64,000 nt of DNA, taken from Desulfuromonadales bacterium. Its GTDB lineage: Bacteria; Desulfobacterota; Desulfuromonadia; Desulfuromonadales; JAWOCM01. The notes below the pieces were generated by a model. The model worked only from the letters and a program-made list of their open reading frames with translations. It made no database searches and had not been told where the DNA came from. Both the position numbers and the translations under genes were made by a program. Position 1 is the first letter of the stretch. Each line of letters starts with the position of its first letter. Positions 56,760 through 64,000 of the stretch are shown piece after piece. The stretch is from positions 1,922 through 65,921 of the forward strand of contig JAWOCM010000069.1 of assembly GCA_046483795.1 (NCBI GenBank), in the 5' to 3' direction.

Positions 56760-58772
56760 GTGACGAAAATACAGGATATATCTCATTTGCTGCAATCTCC
56801 CGAAGAAGAGCGCAGATTGCAGGGGCTTCGCGGGCTGGCCGAGAGCACAGAAGAGTTTCCCCGGGAATGGATCTACCAGGCTCTCGGGGACGACTCCTGG
56901 CGAGTGCGCAAGGAAGGGGTGGATCTCTTTTTGAGGCGCCCAGAGAATGCCCGCTTCGCCGACGAGGTGGTAAAACTGCTCCATTCGGAGGAGAATGCCG
57001 GCCTGCGCAATGCTGCGATGGAGATACTTATCCGGCTCGGCCGACAGGCCGTGCCCCATCTGCTGTCTGAAATCGGCACGCAGGATCATGATGTACGCAA
57101 GTTCATTCTTGATATCCTCGGCGAGATCGGCGATCCAGGATGTGTCCCCACCCTGGTAGAGGCCTTGAAAGATCCGGATGAAAATGTCCGCTCCGCCGCC
57201 GCTGAAAATCTCGGCAAACTCAGAGCCTCCGAAGCGATACCGGCGCTTCTGGATGCCATGGAGACGGACGACCTCTGGTTGCGTTTCACTATACTGGAGG
57301 CTTTGGGGCAGATCGGCGGCCAGATCGATGAAGAGCGGCTGCTTCGTTTCAAGGATGAAAGGTTGCTCCGCAAGGCGCTGATCGACTGTCTCGGACGTGT
57401 TGGCTCTGTTTGCGTGGTCCCCGCTATTGTCGAGGCTCTGGACGACGATATGCGCAATGTGCGCGAATCCGCCGTTGTCGCTCTGGCCCGCATCGCCGAG
57501 TCTTATCCCGAGGAGGTTCGCAGATCCCTCTCCGGCGTCCGTCAGACAGCGGCTGCGGACCATATTGCCGAATTGCTCGATCACCAGCAACAGGGGATTC
57601 GCCAGGCGTCGCTAAAGCTTCTGGGCTTTTTGTCGGAGCCACGCTACGCGCCGCGACTGCTCGATCTGCTTGATGACCAGTCCATGGTCGAGTCCGCCAT
57701 GCAGGCCTTGATCGCTATGGGAGCCGACGGGGCGGCCCAACTCGCGTCCATTGTTTCGCCCGAAGAACCCCGTCGGTGTGCCTACGTCTCCTACCTCATC
57801 GGTGAAACCGGCTACGGCGCCGGTCGGGATTTCCTTCTGGCGTCCATCGGTTCCGATGAGGACGAATTGCGGATGGTGGCGCTGCAGGCGCTGGGAAAAA
57901 TCGGGGATGCCTCCTCTATCGCTCCCCTGGTGGAACACCTCGAAAATGAAACCGAGGAAACCCGCCAGGCGGTGCAGACCGCCCTGGAACGTATCGGTCG
58001 ACGCTGCCGACAGGAATTGACCGAAGCGCTTGAGCCGTTACTGGACTCGCAGAATCCGGAATTACGCACCAGCGTCATCATGGTCCTCGGCCAGCTTCTG
58101 GGCGCGGAATTCGAGGACCATGTGATCAGGGCGCTCAAGGACCCATCGCCCGATGTGCGTCGAGCAGCGGTGACCGTTCTTGACGGTCATCCTTACGATG
58201 GCCAGATCCGGGCTCTGAAGATGGCGCTGACGGACGAGGACGCCGAGGTGCGCGCTCAGGCCGCAGAAGTGCTGGGTCGCATCGACGACCCCCAGGCTGT
58301 CGAGGCTCTCGGACTGGCCTGTGGTGACGAAGATATCTGGGTTCGCTCGACGGCCGTGCGTTCTCTGGGGCACTTCGAAAATGACGCAGCCTTTTCCGTT
58401 GTTTCCCGAACGGCCGACGATTCCGTAGGCCTGGTCACTATCGCCGCGCTGGAGACACTGACGGCCATTGATGCCGGTAAAGCCCGTCCTTTACTCCTCG
58501 ACGCTCTTTACCACCGGGATGAGGAAGTGGTCAAGGCCGCCATGCAGCTTCTTTTTTCTTCGGCCTACATGGACTGGTCCCGCGAAGAACGCGAGCATCT
58601 TATCTCCCACCCGCACTGGGACGTTCGCCTGACATTTATCCGCAACCTGTTTGAAACACAGGGTGAGAATTGCCGGAGTCAACTCGTGGAAAGATTGAAG
58701 ATGGAGAGGGAAGAACCGGTAAGACAGGCGATCCAGGAGTGTTTGGCTCTTATGGACAGTTTCGAGGTTTAG
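56760..58772 (+). CDS. HEAT-repeat (PBS-lyase-type) protein, 670 aa
   Basis: More than a dozen repeats of the D.(D).VR..A..ALG.IG pattern, e.g. DPDENVRSAAAENLGKL, DPSPDVRRAAVTVL and DEDAEVRAQAAEVLGRI. Confidence 0.85.
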   Translation: MTKIQDISHLLQSPEEERRLQGLRGLAESTEEFPREWIYQALGDDSWRVRKEGVDLFLRRPENARFADEVVKLLHSEENAGLRNAAMEILIRLGRQAVPHLLSEIGTQDHDVRKFILDILGEIGDPGCVPTLVEALKDPDENVRSAAAENLGKLRASEAIPALLDAMETDDLWLRFTILEALGQIGGQIDEERLLRFKDERLLRKALIDCLGRVGSVCVVPAIVEALDDDMRNVRESAVVALARIAESYPEEVRRSLSGVRQTAAADHIAELLDHQQQGIRQASLKLLGFLSEPRYAPRLLDLLDDQSMVESAMQALIAMGADGAAQLASIVSPEEPRRCAYVSYLIGETGYGAGRDFLLASIGSDEDELRMVALQALGKIGDASSIAPLVEHLENETEETRQAVQTALERIGRRCRQELTEALEPLLDSQNPELRTSVIMVLGQLLGAEFEDHVIRALKDPSPDVRRAAVTVLDGHPYDGQIRALKMALTDEDAEVRAQAAEVLGRIDDPQAVEALGLACGDEDIWVRSTAVRSLGHFENDAAFSVVSRTADDSVGLVTIAALETLTAIDAGKARPLLLDALYHRDEEVVKAAMQLLFSSAYMDWSREEREHLISHPHWDVRLTFIRNLFETQGENCRSQLVERLKMEREEPVRQAIQECLALMDSFEV

Positions 58773-58778
58773 GAGCCG

Positions 58779-59666
58779 ATGCTCTTTCTGACACCAGAAA
58801 TCCCCATGAACGACGAAGAATTCCTTTTATTGAAGGATTTCGTCTATCAGCATTGCGGCCTTCATTTCTCTGCCGATACCAAGTATCTTCTCGAGAAGCG
58901 TCTCGGCAAACGTCTTCAGGCACATCGGCTCAAGAGTTTCAAGGACTACTATTATTTCCTGCGTTACAATCAGAAAAAAGAGGCTGAGCTGGTAGAAGTC
59001 CTGAATGCGCTGACGACGAACGAGACCTATTTTTTTCGAGAGGACTATCAGCTAAAGACGTTCATCGAAGAGATCATTCCCGAAGTCACGGCGCGTCGCA
59101 AACGGGAGGGAAGTCGCAAACTCCGGATCTGGAGCGCCGGGTGCTCCTCCGGCGAAGAGGCCTACACCATTGCCATGCTGCTTCTGGAAAAGCCGGAACT
59201 GAGCGGGTGGGATATCGAGATCATCGGAACAGATATCAGCCAGCGCGTGCTCGGAATGGCCCGCAAGGGGGTTTACGGCCAGCCCTCCTTTCGTACCACC
59301 GACAGCGCCTACTTGCAAAAATATTTCCTGCCGACGGAAGATGGCAAATACCGCATCTGCGACAAGGTCAAGAGTTTGGTCACGATCAGTTATCTCAACC
59401 TCTTCGACCGCTCCCGCGTCGGTCTGCTCGGGCATGTGGATGTCATTTTCTGCCGGAACGTGATCATCTATTTTGATAGTGCCGCCAAAAAAAAGGTGGT
59501 TGAGGGGCTGTACGAACGCTTGCGTCCCGATGGTTTTCTGCTGCTGGGACACTCCGAATCGCTCATGAATATCAGCACGTCTTTTGTTTTGCGTCACTTT
59601 ACCAATGACATGGTCTATCAACGATCTCAGGCGGCACGGTCCGGAAGAGAAGGGGATGAGCGGTGA
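58779..59666 (+). CDS. cheR: Chemotaxis protein methyltransferase CheR
   Basis: TNETYFFRE...LRIWSAGCSSGEEAYTIAMLL...IFCRNVIIYFD. Confidence 0.9.
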   Translation: MLFLTPEIPMNDEEFLLLKDFVYQHCGLHFSADTKYLLEKRLGKRLQAHRLKSFKDYYYFLRYNQKKEAELVEVLNALTTNETYFFREDYQLKTFIEEIIPEVTARRKREGSRKLRIWSAGCSSGEEAYTIAMLLLEKPELSGWDIEIIGTDISQRVLGMARKGVYGQPSFRTTDSAYLQKYFLPTEDGKYRICDKVKSLVTISYLNLFDRSRVGLLGHVDVIFCRNVIIYFDSAAKKKVVEGLYERLRPDGFLLLGHSESLMNISTSFVLRHFTNDMVYQRSQAARSGREGDER

Positions 59667-60760
59667 AGGATATCCGTGTTCTTGTCGTCGACGATTCGGC
59701 ATTCAATCGTCGCACAATCACAAAGATGCTCGACTCCGAAGCGGGGATCGAGGTTGTCGGGTACGCCTCCGACGGCGAGGAAGCCCTGCGAAAGGTCTTC
59801 GATCTGAAACCGGACCTGGTCACCCTCGACCTGGAAATGCCGCGTATGGATGGTTTTACTTTTCTGCGCATCCTGATGAACAACTGTCCGACTCCGGTTA
59901 TTGTCGTTTCGGCTCGAACCCAGGATGAGGATGTCTTCAAGGCACTCGAATTCGGTGCCGTGGAGTTCGTCGCCAAACCATCGGCGCGAATCTCGCCCGA
60001 CCTGATCAATATCCGCAAGGGGCTGGTTCAGAAAGTTTTCGCCGCCGCCGGCACTGATATGGAGAAGGTCCTGGGGAGATCGACCATCAACCCCTCTGTG
60101 GCTCGCAGAACTCCTCAGGTTCGGGCACCGAAGACCCGATCTGTAGCGAGAACCCTGCACAAGTCGGTGGAAGGCAAGGCATCCGTCGTCGTCATCGGAG
60201 CGTCGACCGGCGGTCCTCCCGCCCTTCAGAAAGTCCTGGAGGACATCGACCACATGGAGTCCGTCGCAGTCATTGTCGCCCAGCACATGCCCTCCGGCTT
60301 CACGCGGGCTTTCGCCGACCGGTTGAATCGATTCTGCAGGATGGAAATAAGGGAAGCCCAGACCGGAGACAAAGTACAGCCTCAACGTGTCCTGATAGCT
60401 CCTGGAGGGAAGAATCTTTTTCTTGTCAGACACGGCCGCGATGTTGTGGCGCAGCTTAAGGACCTAAACAGCGAATATCGTTATGTGCCTTCGGTCGATG
60501 CCTTGTTTCAAAGCGCTGCAGGCATCTATGGCAAGGATTTGCTGGGTGTCGTCCTGACAGGGATGGGCAACGACGGAGCATCCGGAGTGCAGAGTATCCG
60601 AAAGGCGGGCGGACAGGTCCTTGCTGAATCGGAAGAGACAAGTGTCGTGTACGGTATGCCCAAAGAGGCCGTTGCCACGGGTTGCGTCGACAGGGAATTG
60701 CCTTTGCGAGAGATCGGAGGAGAGATTGCTCTGCGTTGCCGAAGTCACGAAAATCATTAG
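59663..60760 (+). CDS. cheB: Protein-glutamate methylesterase/glutaminase CheB (receiver plus esterase)
   Basis: VLVVDDSAF...LVTLDLEMPRMDG, then VVIGASTGGPPAL...AQHMP...LTGMGNDG. The GTG start overlaps the cheR stop. Confidence 0.9.
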   Translation: MKDIRVLVVDDSAFNRRTITKMLDSEAGIEVVGYASDGEEALRKVFDLKPDLVTLDLEMPRMDGFTFLRILMNNCPTPVIVVSARTQDEDVFKALEFGAVEFVAKPSARISPDLINIRKGLVQKVFAAAGTDMEKVLGRSTINPSVARRTPQVRAPKTRSVARTLHKSVEGKASVVVIGASTGGPPALQKVLEDIDHMESVAVIVAQHMPSGFTRAFADRLNRFCRMEIREAQTGDKVQPQRVLIAPGGKNLFLVRHGRDVVAQLKDLNSEYRYVPSVDALFQSAAGIYGKDLLGVVLTGMGNDGASGVQSIRKAGGQVLAESEETSVVYGMPKEAVATGCVDRELPLREIGGEIALRCRSHENH

Positions 60761-60837
60761 GAAAAGGTAGATATTTAAAGCTTTTGCTGCTACGATGTGC
60801 CCCCCAAGAGCATTTCTGTGTCTTATAGGAGATCGCG

Positions 60838-61662
60838 ATGCCTGAGAATAAACAAGATAAATCACCGAAGGCGGAAAAAGTCGAAGAGTTTCTTCATATC
60901 TTCAAAAAAGGGGCCGACTTTACGCAGGACCTTCTCAAGGAAAACGAGCGCCTGCGATTCGAGGTCCTCAAACTCGAGGAAGAGAACAGGGATTTGAAGG
61001 AGGTCTCAGGCGGGGATGAAACCGTTTTGCAGAAACGGATTCAGGCGCTGGAGGAAGAAAAACAGGAAATTCTGAACCGTATCAAGAAGGTCGAGGCGGA
61101 AAACATGGATTTCGCCAACCGTTATGTTGATATCGAAAATGAAAACAACATGCTGGCGAACCTCTATATCGCGTCCTATCAGCTTCATTCGACTCTTGAT
61201 TTTCGGGAAGTCCTCCAGATTATTACTGAAATCATCATCAACCTGATCGGGGCCGAAGAGTTCGGAATCCTGTTGCTGGACGAAAAGCAGAACAGGCTTC
61301 AGGCAGTGGCCTCCGAAGGGTTGGAGTTGAGTGATATTCCTGTGGTCGCGCTTGGCCAGGGCCTCATCGGGGAGATTGCCAAGACGGGAGAAAATCATTT
61401 CTTCCAGGAACTGGATAAATACGAAAAGGATATCAACACCCCGATGGTCTGTATCCCGCTGAAGATCAAAGAGCGGGTCATCGGCGTGATTGCGATTTAT
61501 CAGCTCCTGGAGCAGAAAAGTCATTTCGAGGACGTCGATTATGAACTTTTTACGCTGCTGGCCGGACATGCTGCCACAGCAATTTTTTCTTCCAAGCTCT
61601 ATTCCGAATCGGAACGCAAGCTGAGTACAATCCAGGGCTTTATCGATTTAATGACGAAATAA
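60838..61662 (+). CDS. Coiled-coil plus GAF domain protein
   Basis: The N-terminal 100 aa form a heptad-rich coiled coil (LKLEEENRDLKE...LEEEKQEILNRIKKVEAEN), followed by a GAF-like core (LDFREVLQIITEIIINLIGAEEFGILLLDE...PLKIKERVIGVIAIYQL). Confidence 0.8.
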   Translation: MPENKQDKSPKAEKVEEFLHIFKKGADFTQDLLKENERLRFEVLKLEEENRDLKEVSGGDETVLQKRIQALEEEKQEILNRIKKVEAENMDFANRYVDIENENNMLANLYIASYQLHSTLDFREVLQIITEIIINLIGAEEFGILLLDEKQNRLQAVASEGLELSDIPVVALGQGLIGEIAKTGENHFFQELDKYEKDINTPMVCIPLKIKERVIGVIAIYQLLEQKSHFEDVDYELFTLLAGHAATAIFSSKLYSESERKLSTIQGFIDLMTK

Positions 61663-61686
61663 CCTTGAAGGTTCGTGGAGGGATAC

Positions 61687-62064
61687 ATGTCATCATATAA
61701 GGTATTGATTGTCGAAGACTCTCCGACCATGCGCCAGTTGATTGTTTTTGCTCTGAAGCGCATCCGGGGGGTCGAGATAGTCGAGGCGAATGACGGAGTG
61801 GATGGACTGAAGAAAATCTCCAGCGAGAAATTCGATCTGATTTTTACCGACATCAATATGCCGATCATGGATGGCCTTAAATTGGTCAGCCTGGTGAGAA
61901 ATGATCAGAATTACAAGGATGTTCCCATCTGCATCATCACCACTGAAGGGGCCAGTGAAGACCGTGAGCGAGCCCTTGGTCTCGGTGCGAATGATTATAT
62001 CACCAAGCCGATCCAGACAACAAAGATACTCGATGTCGCCAGGCGATTGCTGGCTATGGAATAA
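61687..62064 (+). CDS. cheY: CheY-like response regulator (paralog of 50756-51124)
   Basis: VLIVEDSPTMRQL...LIFTDINMPIMDGL...TTE...YITKP. A GGAGGG ribosome-binding site precedes the ATG at 61687. Confidence 0.9.
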   Translation: MSSYKVLIVEDSPTMRQLIVFALKRIRGVEIVEANDGVDGLKKISSEKFDLIFTDINMPIMDGLKLVSLVRNDQNYKDVPICIITTEGASEDRERALGLGANDYITKPIQTTKILDVARRLLAME

Positions 62065-62089
62065 TCATGCTCTGTTCTGTGTCCGAGCC

Positions 62090-62119
62090 TTGACAACGGT
62101 TCGGCCTTCCGGCTATATA
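62090..62119 (+). promoter_or_regulatory. Candidate sigma70-type promoter for infA
   Basis: TTGACA-18 nt-TATATA. A second TTGACA-18 nt-TAGAAT lies at 62128-62157. Confidence 0.3.
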
Positions 62120-62171
62120 TGCCGCAATTGACAGGGGAAAAAATACTTGAATAGAATGGATGGAGGACCTT

Positions 62172-62390
62172 TTGGCGAAAGAAGAAGCGATTGAAGTTGA
62201 GGGCAAGGTCATTGAGCCCTTGCCTAACGCAATGTTCAAGGTCGAGCTCGATAACGGCCATGTTGTGCTGGCCCATATTTCCGGCAAGATGCGCAAGTTC
62301 TATATTCGCATCCTTCCGGGGGACCGGGTCACTGTTGAACTTTCACCTTACGATTTGAGTCGCGGTCGTATCACCTATCGGGAAAAGTAG
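62172..62390 (+). CDS. infA: Translation initiation factor IF-1
   Basis: (M)[69 protein letters not shown]. The TTG at 62172 lies 5 nt after a GGAGG; the track ATG at 62160 lacks a ribosome-binding site. Confidence 0.9.
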   Translation: MAKEEAIEVEGKVIEPLPNAMFKVELDNGHVVLAHISGKMRKFYIRILPGDRVTVELSPYDLSRGRITYREK

Positions 62391-62640
62391 CCCGGACTGC
62401 TATCGACGATAAGGAGCCGGAGGAGATCGCTTTTTGCGTTGGCTCCCAAAGACACATCTCTGACAGGAGCCGTCTTCGTGACGATTTTTTACCGGCGCAA
62501 GCCGGTTTTCCTGTTTGTGTCGTCCAGGCTGAGTCCATGAGTTCGCGACTCGACTCATAGACTCGGTGCTGCAGTATCCACTCATCAGAGCGAACGAATA
62601 TCAGTGATTCCGATACAAGAGGGAAGGTAGCGAGACACCC

Positions 62641-64000
62641 ATGAACAAGTCTTATGAGCCGAGGTCGATCGAGGAAAAGTGGCAGAAGATCTGGGAGAAG
62701 CGCAAAGCTTTCAGCGTTTCCGAGGAGGCCGACAAGAGCAAATATTATCTTCTGGAGATGTTCCCCTATCCTTCGGGTCGCATCCATATGGGGCATGTCC
62801 GCAACTATTCCATCGGTGATGTCGTAGCCCGGTTCAAACGTATGCAGGGATTCAACGTCTTGCATCCCATGGGATGGGACGCTTTCGGAATGCCGGCGGA
62901 AAATGCTGCGATACAGCATGGGACCCATCCTGCTGAATGGACCTATGAAAATATCGACAAAATGCGAACCCAGCTCAAGCGCATGGGGCTTTCCTACGAC
63001 TGGGACAGGGAATTCGCCACCTGTGACGTTGATTATTACAAATGGGAACAACTGATTTTTCTGAGAATGCTCGAAAAGGGGCTGGCCTACAAGAAAAGCA
63101 GTTTCGTGAACTGGTGTCCCCTGTGCCAAACGGTTCTTGCCAACGAACAGGTCGAAGACAACGCCTGTTGGCGCTGCGACAGCGAGGTCGAACAGAAGGA
63201 GCTCGAACAGTGGTTTTTCCGTATCACCGCCTATGCCGAAGAGCTCCTCGAATGGACCGACAAGCTTCCCGGCTGGCCGGAGCGTGTTCTGGCCATGCAG
63301 CAGAACTGGATCGGGAAAAGTTACGGGTGCGAGATCGAGTTTCCCGTCGAGGATGCCGATGAAACTGTTCGCGTCTTTACGACCCGCGCCGACACGCTGC
63401 ACGGGGTGACCTTCATGAGCCTTGCGCCGGAGCACCCTCTGGTGGAGAAGCTGACCACGCCTGAGTGGCAGGAGGCTGTCCAGTCTTTTCGTGACAAGGT
63501 CGGGCTTCAGGACAAAGCCCTGCGCACCAGCGATGAGTTGGACAAGGAGGGTGTTTTTACCGGATCGTACTGCTTCCACCCTCTGACAGGGCGAAAGATT
63601 CCTGTCTTTATCGCAAACTTCGTGCTCATGGATTACGGTACCGGTTCCGTTATGGCGGTACCTGCTCACGATCAGCGGGATTTTGAATTTGCCCGCAAAT
63701 ACGATCTTCCTGTGGTCGTCGTTATCCAACCCGAAGGGGAAGATTTAAGCGGGGATTCGCTGGAGAGCGCCTGGACCGGACCCGGAAGACTAATCAATTC
63801 AGACGAGTTCGACGGCCAGGACAATGAAGAGGCGAAGAAGAAAATCGCTGCCCGTCTCGAAAAGAAGGGCAAAGGCCAGGAGACGGTCAACTTCCGCCTG
63901 CGCGACTGGGGAGTGTCCCGCCAGCGCTACTGGGGGACTCCTATCCCGGTGATCTATTGCGACGGATGCGGTACCGTGCCGGTGCCGGAAGCGGACCTGC
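62641..64000 (+). CDS. leuS: Leucine-tRNA ligase, N-terminal part (3' end outside window)
   Basis: Absent from the ORF track because no stop codon lies in the window. Direct translation from the ATG at 62641 gives [24 protein letters not shown]...[27 protein letters not shown]... Confidence 0.9.
   Translation, partial: MNKSYEPRSIEEKWQKIWEKRKAFSVSEEADKSKYYLLEMFPYPSGRIHMGHVRNYSIGDVVARFKRMQGFNVLHPMGWDAFGMPAENAAIQHGTHPAEWTYENIDKMRTQLKRMGLSYDWDREFATCDVDYYKWEQLIFLRMLEKGLAYKKSSFVNWCPLCQTVLANEQVEDNACWRCDSEVEQKELEQWFFRITAYAEELLEWTDKLPGWPERVLAMQQNWIGKSYGCEIEFPVEDADETVRVFTTRADTLHGVTFMSLAPEHPLVEKLTTPEWQEAVQSFRDKVGLQDKALRTSDELDKEGVFTGSYCFHPLTGRKIPVFIANFVLMDYGTGSVMAVPAHDQRDFEFARKYDLPVVVVIQPEGEDLSGDSLESAWTGPGRLINSDEFDGQDNEEAKKKIAARLEKKGKGQETVNFRLRDWGVSRQRYWGTPIPVIYCDGCGTVPVPEADL

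Noticed and set aside
62371-63729. 452-aa minus-strand ORF in the track
   Set aside because: It lies antisense to an unmistakable leuS reading frame on the plus strand (HMGH/HIGH-class motif context, open to the window end). Its translation has no recognisable family and a skewed R/G/P/L composition typical of antisense frames in GC-rich DNA.

Overview
The window is a gene-dense chromosomal segment. Its gene content and order (ndk-rlmN-mtnP, PSP1-holB-tmk, rnc-rSAM-era-der, a Geobacter-type small protein, AsmA, tandem hcp) fit a Desulfuromonadales/Geobacter-like deltaproteobacterium; that taxonomic call is inference, no search was possible. About 65 protein genes are supported, mostly housekeeping: rph-rdgB, ndk, rlmN, mtnP, coaBC, typA, metG, holB, tmk, rnc, era, der and infA. 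leuS runs off the right edge and is missing from the ORF track. I found no rRNA, tRNA, CRISPR array or mobile element. The most unusual region is a tightly packed 13-gene chemosensory-type operon at 49.4-62.1 kb. It encodes CheA, two CheW, four receiver proteins, CheR and CheB, but no methyl-accepting receptor. It also carries a DUF4388/MshEN-like/GAF protein, an ExeA/MshM-like AAA+ ATPase, a zinc-ribbon-receiver protein, a 670-aa HEAT-repeat protein and a coiled-coil GAF protein. Other points worth a second look:
- a 23-copy 18-bp in-frame tandem repeat encoding an ER/K (EERKAE) tract
- two tandem hcp paralogs with near-identical DNA tracts and duplicated terminators, only one of which has an FNR/CRP-type palindrome in class II geometry
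- a Braun-lipoprotein-like alanine-zipper lipoprotein ending in Lys, convergent with an L,D-transpeptidase
- a TatD-radical SAM fusion
- a YihY membrane protein with an Rrf2-like C-terminal domain
- a structured era-der spacer with a 29-codon hydrophobic mini-ORF
- a LivF-like gene remnant
All family assignments come from reading the translations; no database search was run.
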